Shown in pieces: positions 18,300 through 26,881 of a stretch of 64,000 bases of DNA. A model generated the notes under the pieces. It did not search any database. It was given only the letters and a program-made list of their open reading frames with translations, and was not told where the DNA came from. Each line of letters starts with the position of its first letter. The first letter of the stretch is position 1. The translations under genes and the position numbers were made by a program. Origin of the DNA: Ktedonobacteraceae bacterium (GTDB lineage Bacteria > Chloroflexota > Ktedonobacteria > Ktedonobacterales > Ktedonobacteraceae); contig DASVMX010000143.1 of assembly GCA_036384215.1 (NCBI GenBank), positions 21-64,020 on the forward strand, in the 5' to 3' direction.

Positions 18300-18734
18300 A
18301 TGGAAAAGCCCGTTACTTCGACGACTCCATCCCATGCTCAGCAAGCGCCAGAGCCTGCCGCGAGCGCCCCTGCGCAGCAGCCGGCACCTGTCGCGCAGTC
18401 TGGCGCTGTCCCGACGGCGCTCGTGGCCCCTGGCGTCGTGCCCGCAACCGGGGAGCAGAGCACCGCAGCGGCTGCACAGCCCACTGCGACGCCCACGACT
18501 CCTGCTACACCTGCCGCGGGACAGACGGCTCCGGCGCCCGCGACGCAGGCTCCCGCCGCGCCCGCCGCGCCCGCCGCGCCTGGCACTCCCGCTGCGGGAC
18601 AGGGCAGCCCGGGAAACCCCGCGCCCGCGGCACAGGAGCAGGTTGTCTTCGATGAACTGGAAGAGATTGAGTTTCTCCTGGATGAGATTGAGGACCAGAT
18701 TGCTCCGCTCGCGCTCCAGGCTCCCCTGCGGTGA
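18300..18734 (+). CDS. Pro/Ala/Thr-rich small protein with acidic C-terminal helix (candidate scaffold/precursor peptide)
   Basis: GGAGG lies 5 nt upstream of the ATG. It is the first gene of the plus operon. Codon usage looks natural in this frame, whereas the overlapping frames are Arg-rich. The C-terminus is QEQVVFDELEEIEFLLDEIEDQIAPLALQAPLR. Confidence 0.6.
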   Translation: MEKPVTSTTPSHAQQAPEPAASAPAQQPAPVAQSGAVPTALVAPGVVPATGEQSTAAAAQPTATPTTPATPAAGQTAPAPATQAPAAPAAPAAPGTPAAGQGSPGNPAPAAQEQVVFDELEEIEFLLDEIEDQIAPLALQAPLR

Positions 18735-18903
18735 GCTGACCCCTGCTGGCCTGGCCCCCCCGGAGCTGGTCTCGTCGCCCGGGGCTGCTCTGTGGGTAAG
18801 GCGAGCAGGCCAGGGCACCAGAACCAAAGAGCGTGGTGCCACTCGCGCTGTCCCGGCCCGTTCCAATGCCGGGGCGGGCTGGTCTCCCGCCTCCGCGCCT
18901 CTA

Positions 18904-18936
18904 CCGATCATCCGGGCGCGGGAAACGGATGATCGG
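18904..18936 (+). other. Stem-loop between the candidate precursor gene and the flavin reductase gene
   Basis: CCGATCATCC, a 13-nt loop, then GGATGATCGG. No U-tract follows, so it is not a classical terminator. It could act as an attenuator or processing site. Confidence 0.3.
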
Positions 18937-18962
18937 GAAAATCACGAAAGGAAAAGTATTCG

Positions 18963-19517
18963 ATGCATCTAGTGCAAAACCAATCCACTCCACCGCAGCA
19001 ATTGCCTCTCTACCGCTATTTTGCCAGCACAGTGGCGCTAATCACCTCGCAAAGCGAGGGCCAGCAGCGGAACGTTATGGCCTGCGAGTGGACGATGAAC
19101 GTCTGCCGGCATCCCCTGAAGATTATGACGCTGATCAATAAGGACGACCTGACCCACGAGCTGATTATGGCCAGCGGTGAGTTCGGGGTAAATCTGTGTT
19201 CGGAGGAACAGAGTTCCCTTTCGCACTTTGCCGGCAGCAACACCGGACGCGAGGAAGATAAGCTCCACAATACGATCTTTAACGGCCTGCTATATACCGC
19301 GACGCGCATCCAGGCTCCGATGATTCGGGGGTGTGTGCTCAATGCCGAGTGTGTGGTCGAGCAGGCCATCGACATGGGCAAGCACACGGCCTTTATCGGG
19401 CGGGCTCTGGCCGCCCGGCTTAATCCCAACCTGCGCCCTTTGCTGTACCACCAGGGCTGCTATCTGCGCTGTGGCGAGGTGATTCCCAAGCCCGAACACT
19501 CCGCGCAGGAGGTCTGA
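18963..19517 (+). CDS. Flavin reductase-like FMN-binding domain protein
   Basis: The sequence follows the PF01613-like pattern: FASTVALITSQSEGQQRNVMACEWTMNVCRHPLKIMTLI..GEFGVNLCSEEQSSLSHFAG..DKL..HTAFIGRAL. Confidence 0.8.
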   Translation: MHLVQNQSTPPQQLPLYRYFASTVALITSQSEGQQRNVMACEWTMNVCRHPLKIMTLINKDDLTHELIMASGEFGVNLCSEEQSSLSHFAGSNTGREEDKLHNTIFNGLLYTATRIQAPMIRGCVLNAECVVEQAIDMGKHTAFIGRALAARLNPNLRPLLYHQGCYLRCGEVIPKPEHSAQEV

Positions 19518-19567
19518 GCACCCGGTCGGTGAGAAAGTCGTGCAATGAACGAGAGGAAAGAGGGACG

Positions 19568-22057
19568 ATGGTGTTTACCGACGAATATACGTGGCAATTC
19601 CTGCCACATTATGTCATTCGCAGCACGGGCTTTCCTTTCCAATGGTTGGAAAGTCTCTCATTCCCGGAAACGACGGTTCTGATCGAGCGAGTGCTAGAGG
19701 CGGAACACGCGTTACAGGAGTGGGAAGCCCGCCTGGGTCGTTTGTGGGAAGCCGACACAGAACTCGCCTGGCCAAGAAAGGTGAAGCAGCAACTGCGCAA
19801 ATGGATAGTCAGGCGCGAAGGCGGTATTTGCCAGCGACTCCCTCTTTTACCTGAGTCTCTCAGGAGCGTAGCGGAGGAATGGGCGGCCGGGTGGGATGCT
19901 CGTGTCACCGCGTATTATGCCAGTCTGGAAGCACACAATCAGGCGTTTGAACGGGAGTTGCCGACGAAACGAGCACAACTTCGCCGGCTTGTGGCAGATC
20001 CCCGCTACCAGGAGGCCATCTTTTTGTCCAGCCCCGATATGTATCACCATCACATCCACAAATACCTCGACCAGCAAGATGGTTCCAGGCGCACTTCAGA
20101 ACTCAAGCGGGTAGAAAAGCGCTTCTTTAAATACCTGCAGCGGCTGTGTGGCAAGAATGAAACCTCCAGCTTTTTTGGACCACTCAACTACGGACGCATC
20201 GATCCTGCCCGAAAGCATTTCCTGGACGAACGCCGCTCGGCTGGTCCTCTGATCCAATATCGCCAGGTTTTTCTGGCCTTCTGGATGGTCAAGGCCCTGG
20301 CGGAGGCGATCAGGCGCGATGAGCGTTTGCAGGATGAGCTTCCTGTGAGCCTGCACCCGATGGTCGAGATCAGGGACGGCGGGAGCCTGTATCTCCATTC
20401 CGGCGACCGCGTATTCGCCGTGGGACAGTCCCTGGCGCGGATATTGCAGGCGCTGGATGGCAGCCAGAGCCTGCCGCAGTTTCTGGCATCGCTGCCAGCC
20501 GAGGAACAACCGCGGGCTGAACGCTTACTCCAGGCGCTATTGCAAGCGGGCATCGTGCGCAGGGGCTTCGTGGTACCATCGACGGTTGCCCGACCCATGG
20601 AGCATGTCGTCGCACAGTTGCACCGGCTCCCGGACTCGCCGGCTCGCCAGGAGTGGGAGCAGAGGCTCGCGATGTGGAACCACTGGTGCGAGGAGATGAC
20701 GGCCGCCGATCTGCCGACACGCATCCGCCTGCTGGAGCAGGGTGAGGCTCGTTTCACCGAGCAAACCGGAGAGCCCGCTCAACGGGGCAGCGGAAACCTG
20801 TACGCGGACCGCTATATCTTTTACGAAGAGGCCCGCGGCCACGTCGAGCAGTTTGTCATGGGTCGAGCCTTCTACGAGAAAATGCGGCGGGATCTGCGCG
20901 GGGCGCTGGAATTGAGCGCGTTCCAGGGACATCACGAGTGGAAACATCTCCAGAAGCTGGGCCACGAGCTCTTTCGCGAGCTCTCTCCTGCCGGGCATCC
21001 TGTCCCGTTTTTCCGCTTTCTCAATGCCCTGCGCGAGCGCTATCCAGCCTTCCCGGATATCCCGCCCCTGCCGGAACAGGAGGAGATCAGGAGCCTGATT
21101 GCAGGCAAAGTAGAACAGGGCGAAATCCACCGCGTGTCCCTGTCCTCACAAGAACTGCCCATCATTGAGCAGAAGACCGCCTGTTACAGCCTGCCGGATC
21201 TGTTCTTTGCCTCCACCAGCATCGAGGCCATGCAACGGGGCGAGTTTCAGATCGTGCTGGGCAAACTGCACCATCATCTCCTGGTTCCCAACTGGATGAC
21301 CTGCTTCTACGGTGACAAAGCGGGCCTGGCCGCCGACTTGCGCTCATATCTGGAACATGTCCCGGCCTTCCAGCAACTGGTCTGCCCTGAAGTTATTCGG
21401 CGCAACAAGGGTTTTTACGATTTTCCCGGTCGGATGGTGGAATTCTCCGAACGCTCGCTGAAGTCGAGAGAAGAGGTTGTCCCACTGTACGATATTCAGG
21501 TGGTGGAGCAGGCAGATGGCACGCTCGGCCTGGAACGCATCTCCAGCGGAGAACCAATGATCTTCTATATCTCGCTGGCCGACCAGGTGCGCTATTTGCC
21601 GTTTGCCCTGTTCGCGCTGCCAGCGCTGTCGCAGGTGTCCTTCTCCCTGGGCACACATACGCCAAGGATCGAGATCGATGGCGCGGTATACCAGCGCGAA
21701 CGCTGGGAGGTGCCCTCCAATGAATGGATGGGTTTACTCAACGGGGATGAACTGGAGAACTTCACCAGCCTGCACCGCCTGAAACAGACTTACGAACTTC
21801 CCGACCTGGTCTACGTGCGCGGGTCCTCCGAGCGCAAACCGTATGTGCTGGACTTCCGCAACTTCTTCTGCCTGGAGCTTCTGCACTCGATCATGGAGAA
21901 AAACGACTCTTTGCTGATCGAAGAGATGCTTCCAGCGCCAGATCAACTCTGGCTCAAAAACAGTCAGGGACGATATTCCTGTGAATTTCGCATGAATGTG
22001 TTTAAAATCAGAAACCATGCTGAAAGAGAGACAGACAATGATCATCGATCACATTGA
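19568..22057 (+). CDS. LanB N-terminal (glutamylation) domain-only protein, small LanB / PEARL-like, paralog 1
   Basis: Motifs are YVIRSTGFPFQWL, PRYQEAIFLSSPDMY and RVEKRFFKYLQRLCGKNETSSFFGPLNYG, the last being the counterpart of the LanB RxxxRxTPFGLF segment. Also LYADRYIFYEE, HTPRIEIDGAVYQRERWEV and KPYVLDFRNFF. I set the start to ATG 19568 (SD GAGGAAAGAGGG) by alignment with the paralogs. Confidence 0.8.
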   Translation: MVFTDEYTWQFLPHYVIRSTGFPFQWLESLSFPETTVLIERVLEAEHALQEWEARLGRLWEADTELAWPRKVKQQLRKWIVRREGGICQRLPLLPESLRSVAEEWAAGWDARVTAYYASLEAHNQAFERELPTKRAQLRRLVADPRYQEAIFLSSPDMYHHHIHKYLDQQDGSRRTSELKRVEKRFFKYLQRLCGKNETSSFFGPLNYGRIDPARKHFLDERRSAGPLIQYRQVFLAFWMVKALAEAIRRDERLQDELPVSLHPMVEIRDGGSLYLHSGDRVFAVGQSLARILQALDGSQSLPQFLASLPAEEQPRAERLLQALLQAGIVRRGFVVPSTVARPMEHVVAQLHRLPDSPARQEWEQRLAMWNHWCEEMTAADLPTRIRLLEQGEARFTEQTGEPAQRGSGNLYADRYIFYEEARGHVEQFVMGRAFYEKMRRDLRGALELSAFQGHHEWKHLQKLGHELFRELSPAGHPVPFFRFLNALRERYPAFPDIPPLPEQEEIRSLIAGKVEQGEIHRVSLSSQELPIIEQKTACYSLPDLFFASTSIEAMQRGEFQIVLGKLHHHLLVPNWMTCFYGDKAGLAADLRSYLEHVPAFQQLVCPEVIRRNKGFYDFPGRMVEFSERSLKSREEVVPLYDIQVVEQADGTLGLERISSGEPMIFYISLADQVRYLPFALFALPALSQVSFSLGTHTPRIEIDGAVYQRERWEVPSNEWMGLLNGDELENFTSLHRLKQTYELPDLVYVRGSSERKPYVLDFRNFFCLELLHSIMEKNDSLLIEEMLPAPDQLWLKNSQGRYSCEFRMNVFKIRNHAERETDNDHRSH

Positions 22058-24344
22058 AAACAGGAAGACCTCCGCTCACAGCGCCGAGCTGACCTTCCCG
22101 GCGTTCGAGGAGCGGCGCTCGCCCGTTCTGTGGCTGGTCGGGGAGGAGATTGCTGGCGCGGGCGACGCGATGGACGCGGCCGCGCACGAGGCCGAACAGC
22201 ATGGTCATCTGTCGGCCCACCTGCGACTGCGGGGGCGGCGCTCGCATTCTTTCCTGGGATTGAAACAACTGCTGGCCCACCTGGGGCCTATCCTGCGCGC
22301 CGAGGCTCCCGACCTGCTGCGAACCTGCGACACCGAGTGGGTCACGCTCTTCCCCGAGGCACGCGCAGATCTTTTCTTTCAACAGACCCGGCCGCTCGAC
22401 GAAATCGCGCTGCCCTCCTCTGAACGCCGCCTATCTCGGGAGTCTGAGCAGGTCTTTCGCCTGATTAACCGGGGCATTACCCTGATCCTGACAGCCCTTG
22501 ACCAGTGCCCATCTCTGCGAGAGCGGGTCCTGTGGGTCTGGGTCCATAACCTGGACTTTGGTGATCGCCTGACCATCCACGCCCTCCACCATCTGTGCCG
22601 CCGCTCACATCCACGCGTGCGCCTGGTCGCGTCTCTGCAACAGATGCCAGAGCGGACCAGCGACGCTCGGGAGGCGGCGCCGGAGGGCGATCTCATCAGG
22701 CGCCTGCTGAACGATCAAGCAACGTTTGCGCGCTTCCTGGCGCATGTCGCCGACGATATCGCGCCCGACCTCATCTTCCTGTATCCCTGGAGCCGGGAGG
22801 GGGTCCAGCGCCATGTGCTCACGCAGCACCCGGAGCGGGCAGAGCAGATCGACGAGATCAGCGCCTGGAGCAATGGATCTCCCGTGCTGGTTCAGGCGCT
22901 GCTGGAGCATGGCGAGTACCTGGCCGATCCGTCCCATGGCTGGCAGGAGGCAGAGCGCGAATACCTGCGCCACTACCGGGCTACCTACGCGACAGAGGTC
23001 GTCTTCAGTGCCGCCGGGATCTGTCCTCCTACCCGCCCACGTTTCCTGTTGATGGAACGCGTGATCGCACCGATGAAGATCGAGCCGGAGGAGATGCGCC
23101 GCTACCATCGGCTGCTCTGCGAGCGTCTGGTTGCCAGCGGACGACCAGCAGACTGGTCGGAGGAGGAATATCAGAGCCACCTCTGCTACCATGCCTTCCA
23201 GGGCGGCCTGTATGCTGAAGGGCTCGACCACCTGGGCAAAGCCGTCACCCCATCGATCCACTGGGGCAATTACGAGAATGTGCTGGCTCTGCTCAAGCAA
23301 GCGCTGCGGGCCGGGCAACAGACCAGCTTCGCACAGGCAGAGCTCGTGGGTCTGTGGAAATGGTGCGGTCTGGTCCAGGCATACATCGGCAATTTCGCCG
23401 GAGCCATGGAAGCATATCAGCAGGCGCTGGAGATAGCTACCGCGCCCGCGACCAGAGCACAGCTCTACGCCTATCTCTCCCTCCTGGCAACCAAACGGCT
23501 GGCGGATTTCAGCCAGGCTGAACAACTCCTGGATGCAGGCCTGGCCGAAATCGCAGGCCGCGACGACGATGAGAGCACCGTCGAGCGGGCCTGGCTGTCC
23601 AATATTCGGGCGCTTTCCCTCTTTTCCCAGAAGCAGCACGCTCAAGCCTTCGCGTTGTGCAAAAGCGCGTACGACGTGATTCGCTCCACCCACATCGATG
23701 GCGTACTGCATCTGAAAGTCAATCTGATCTCCAATATGAGCGTTGTAATGGAGGAGATGGGCAATATCGCTGGCGCCCTCAAGGCCTGGCATTTCTTCCG
23801 GCCCTTTTTGCAGGGAGACAATCAGCTCTTCCAGAAGACCTACTACTATCGCGAGGCGGGCCTGCTACTCAAGCAGGGAGAAACCGAACAGGCGATCGAG
23901 CTGTTTCGCACCTCGTATCGACAAGCCGAGGCCACGCATGACGCCTTCCACATGGATTTCATTGCCCGAGACATCGGCGCCCTGTACTATCACAGGCAGC
24001 GTTGGGACGATGCGCGAGAATGGTTTGCGCGCAGCGGAGAAGCCGCGATACAGGCGGGCAATGTCTCACGGGCACAGGGAGCTTGTGCTGCCCGGGCGCT
24101 GGTGGCCTGGCACGCAGGCCAGCAGGCGGAGGCCTGCGCTCTCCTGCGCGACCTGCTGGCAGGACCGGCGCTCGTCCCGGCGCGTCGCTCACGGTGCGAG
24201 GCCCTGCTGGGAGAATGGCAGGGCGCGGATTCCGGCAACGGACCCCAGGAAGTCGAGCGCAAAGAAATCGGCTGGCCTCGCACCAAGCTGGGTCAGCCAT
24301 TTTACCTGATCCATATTCCGGCCGGACATGTTATTAAGGAATGA
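22038..24344 (+). CDS. STAND-like/TPR repeat protein, paralog 2 (degenerate P-loop)
   Basis: Shared blocks with paralogs 1 and 3 are SERRLSRESEQVFRLINRG, VLWVWVHNLDFGDRLTIHAL and HLKVNLISNMSVVMEEMG..FFRPFL. The C-terminal half is TPR-like. The start is uncertain (21996, 22017 or 22038). Every option overlaps the end of the upstream LanB-like gene. Confidence 0.75.
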   Translation: MIIDHIENRKTSAHSAELTFPAFEERRSPVLWLVGEEIAGAGDAMDAAAHEAEQHGHLSAHLRLRGRRSHSFLGLKQLLAHLGPILRAEAPDLLRTCDTEWVTLFPEARADLFFQQTRPLDEIALPSSERRLSRESEQVFRLINRGITLILTALDQCPSLRERVLWVWVHNLDFGDRLTIHALHHLCRRSHPRVRLVASLQQMPERTSDAREAAPEGDLIRRLLNDQATFARFLAHVADDIAPDLIFLYPWSREGVQRHVLTQHPERAEQIDEISAWSNGSPVLVQALLEHGEYLADPSHGWQEAEREYLRHYRATYATEVVFSAAGICPPTRPRFLLMERVIAPMKIEPEEMRRYHRLLCERLVASGRPADWSEEEYQSHLCYHAFQGGLYAEGLDHLGKAVTPSIHWGNYENVLALLKQALRAGQQTSFAQAELVGLWKWCGLVQAYIGNFAGAMEAYQQALEIATAPATRAQLYAYLSLLATKRLADFSQAEQLLDAGLAEIAGRDDDESTVERAWLSNIRALSLFSQKQHAQAFALCKSAYDVIRSTHIDGVLHLKVNLISNMSVVMEEMGNIAGALKAWHFFRPFLQGDNQLFQKTYYYREAGLLLKQGETEQAIELFRTSYRQAEATHDAFHMDFIARDIGALYYHRQRWDDAREWFARSGEAAIQAGNVSRAQGACAARALVAWHAGQQAEACALLRDLLAGPALVPARRSRCEALLGEWQGADSGNGPQEVERKEIGWPRTKLGQPFYLIHIPAGHVIKE

Positions 24345-24400
24345 AGAGGCGTCGTATGCTGTCGCAAGATGCAAACAGGAAGAAGACAGGTAAAAAACCG

Positions 24401-26881
24401 ATGAACAAAGCATGGACACTCGCTCCTGATTTCATCCTGAGAAGTACCGGCTTCCCACTGTCCTGGATCGAGCCCCTGCGCTTCACTGGAACGGTGGAAG
24501 CCATTCACCGCCTGCTCGCGGAAGAGCAGACGCTGGCCCGCCTGCGAACTGACTCGCAGGAGAAGCCACAGGCCGACTGGATTCACGACCGCGATGCCGC
24601 GCTGCGCTGGAAGAAGCTGAAAAAGAGCCTGGCCAGAGGAAACGCTATCCCAGAAGAAGAGATCCGCTGGGTGCAGCACCTGGAAGGGCCGGCGGCGGAA
24701 CTGACGCAACTCAACACAATGCTTGAACGCTGCCTGCAACTTGAGCAGGCAGCCAGGCAAACCTTTGAGGCCGAGATGGAGGAAAAACGCCGGGTTCTGC
24801 GCGAGATCGTGGCAGATCCGCGCTTCCAGGAAGCCATCTTCCTCTCCAGTCCCCATATGTTCTTCCAGGGACTATTGCCGTATATTCGCACAGAACAGAA
24901 AAAGCGCAATACGGAGAGCAAAAGGCTGGAGAGGCAGTTGATCGCGTATCTACAACGTCTGGTCGGGAAGAACGAAACGACCAGCTTTTTTGGTCCGATC
25001 AACTACGGCAGCTTTGACCGGGAAATCAGTGAAGAGGGCGCCGAGCAGGATAAATGCTTATCAGTGCGCTATACCTATCAGAGCGCGCTCCAGCACCGTG
25101 AAACGTTTATGGCCTACTGGGCGGTACAGGCTCTGGCTGACGCTTTTACCGCTCAACCTGCGGTGTATCCCTATCTGACGCCGATACGCAGTTTTCTCTT
25201 CCAGTTGCTCGATAGCCAGCAAGTGCAATCTGGCCTGTCCCAGAAGCGCCAGACCCTGGCTCCAATCGAGTACCAGGTCCTCCTGCTGGCCGATGGTCGC
25301 CACACGATTGCGCAACTGGAGCAGGAGATGCAGCGAGAGCGCGAGGAACTGCGAACTATCCTGCAACGCCTGGCGGATCAGCAGCTCCTGCGCCTGGCCT
25401 GGGAGGTTCCGGTAACGGAGACGCGCTGCCTGGAGTGGCTGGTCATGGCCACGGAAGAGGTGCGCGAGGAGACGCCCGAGATCGAACGCTGGCAGCAGGG
25501 GCTGAGACGCCTGCGCCAGATCAAAGACACTTTCTCACCTGCCGCGCTGGAGGAAAAAGCCGGGCTCCTGCACGAGGCCGAGGAAGTCTTCCAGGAGCTG
25601 ACCGGGCAGGAGGCCGCCCGGCGCGGCGGGCAGATGTATGCCGACCGCCTGCTCTTTTACGAAGAATGCAAGGGCCATCTGGCCGATCTGCGCCTGGAGC
25701 CACAGGCGCAGAAGGATTGGGAAAAACGCCTGGCCGGCATCCTGCACATGAGCGCGCTGCACTCTCTGGAGATGAAAAAGCAGCAGCGGCGCTTTGCCCT
25801 CGATGTCTACCGGGAGCTCTATGGTGACTCCGAGCGGCCAGTGCCCTACCTGCGTTTCCTGGCCGATGTAATGCACCACGCGAACCGGGAGCGCTGGCAG
25901 CAGGAATTCGCGCAGATCCAGAGCGCCATCGCCAGCGCGGTCACCCGGCAGATCCAGGCGCTGGCGCTGGCTGGCCAGGGCAAGCAGGTTACGCTGACCT
26001 CCGAGGATCTCATCGGCCTCTGCGCATCGCCCGAGCTGGCAGGGGACGATCCCCTGTTCTGCTCGCCCGACCTGATGTTCGTACCCGCGACAGGCCAGCT
26101 TGTCGTGGGCGAAGTGCACGACACGGTCATGCTCTGGAGCTGGGCACTGTCCTTTCACTCCCAGGCCGAGCGAGTGCAGCAAAGCATGTGGCACCTGCTT
26201 GAGGAAACCGTAGATTGCCAGACAATCAATATCCTCTCGTCGAAGCGGCTCAAAATCGCGCCATTCGAGTATCCTGGCGCCTCCGTTCAGGTGAAAGCCC
26301 GCTCGGTCAGTCAACGCCATGAGAAGCGAGCCGCGGCAGATCTCTCCGTACGCCCTGGAGCTGGCAGGCTTGAGCTCCTGCTGGCAGGCAACGAGGAACC
26401 GGCACAGGTCTATAATGGGGAACTCCACACGATGACGCACGACTGGTTTGCCTTGCCCGGCGTCACCACCTTTCGCATCCACACAGGCCAGCACACACCT
26501 CGCGTGGTTATCGAAGACGTGATCTATCAGCGCGAGCAGTGGCACCTGACACGCGCCGACCTCCTCCAGCCCAAATATACCGGCACCTCCTTCGAGCTCT
26601 TTTACGATCTGCTGAAAATGCAGCAGGCGTGGGAAATGCCTGACTACATCTTTGTCAGGATCAGCGGCGAGCCAAAGCCCCTCATGATCGATTTTCACAA
26701 TTTCTTCCTCCTGGAAATGTGGGAGGCCTTTCTGAAGGAAGGGCGCACAATGGTGGTCAGCGAAATGGTGCCCGCCCCCAATCAGCTCTGGCTGACCGAC
26801 CGGGAGGGCCAGACCTACGCCGCGGAATTTCGCACATCGGCGTTTTTCCGTCCGGTGCAGCGGGAAGGAGCAGGCGCTTGA
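24401..26881 (+). CDS. LanB N-terminal domain-only protein, small LanB / PEARL-like, paralog 2
   Basis: Motifs are FILRSTGFPLSWI, PRFQEAIFLSSPHMF, RLERQLIAYLQRLVGKNETTSFFGPINYG, MYADRLLFYEECKG, HTPRVVIEDVIYQREQWHL and KPLMIDFHNFF. I chose ATG 24401 by alignment with the paralogs. The track start is 24341. Confidence 0.8.
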   Translation: MNKAWTLAPDFILRSTGFPLSWIEPLRFTGTVEAIHRLLAEEQTLARLRTDSQEKPQADWIHDRDAALRWKKLKKSLARGNAIPEEEIRWVQHLEGPAAELTQLNTMLERCLQLEQAARQTFEAEMEEKRRVLREIVADPRFQEAIFLSSPHMFFQGLLPYIRTEQKKRNTESKRLERQLIAYLQRLVGKNETTSFFGPINYGSFDREISEEGAEQDKCLSVRYTYQSALQHRETFMAYWAVQALADAFTAQPAVYPYLTPIRSFLFQLLDSQQVQSGLSQKRQTLAPIEYQVLLLADGRHTIAQLEQEMQREREELRTILQRLADQQLLRLAWEVPVTETRCLEWLVMATEEVREETPEIERWQQGLRRLRQIKDTFSPAALEEKAGLLHEAEEVFQELTGQEAARRGGQMYADRLLFYEECKGHLADLRLEPQAQKDWEKRLAGILHMSALHSLEMKKQQRRFALDVYRELYGDSERPVPYLRFLADVMHHANRERWQQEFAQIQSAIASAVTRQIQALALAGQGKQVTLTSEDLIGLCASPELAGDDPLFCSPDLMFVPATGQLVVGEVHDTVMLWSWALSFHSQAERVQQSMWHLLEETVDCQTINILSSKRLKIAPFEYPGASVQVKARSVSQRHEKRAAADLSVRPGAGRLELLLAGNEEPAQVYNGELHTMTHDWFALPGVTTFRIHTGQHTPRVVIEDVIYQREQWHLTRADLLQPKYTGTSFELFYDLLKMQQAWEMPDYIFVRISGEPKPLMIDFHNFFLLEMWEAFLKEGRTMVVSEMVPAPNQLWLTDREGQTYAAEFRTSAFFRPVQREGAGA

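Noticed and set aside
18548-18580. Short tandem CCCGCCGCG repeats that might be a CRISPR or VNTR.
   Set aside because: There are only three 9-nt units, with no spacers. They lie in frame within the Ala/Pro-rich coding region and represent low-complexity codon repetition.
18016-18972. The 318-aa plus-strand ORF, together with the 210-aa minus-strand ORF at 18279-18911 and other small ORFs, overlapping the Pro/Ala-rich gene.
   Set aside because: The translations are extremely Arg/Pro/Ser/Leu-rich (RRLRRPRRRLPPRPPRPPR...). This is typical of off-frame reading of GC-rich Ala/Pro codons. They have no SD. The 18300 frame has GGAGG plus ATG and a sensible acidic C-terminal helix.
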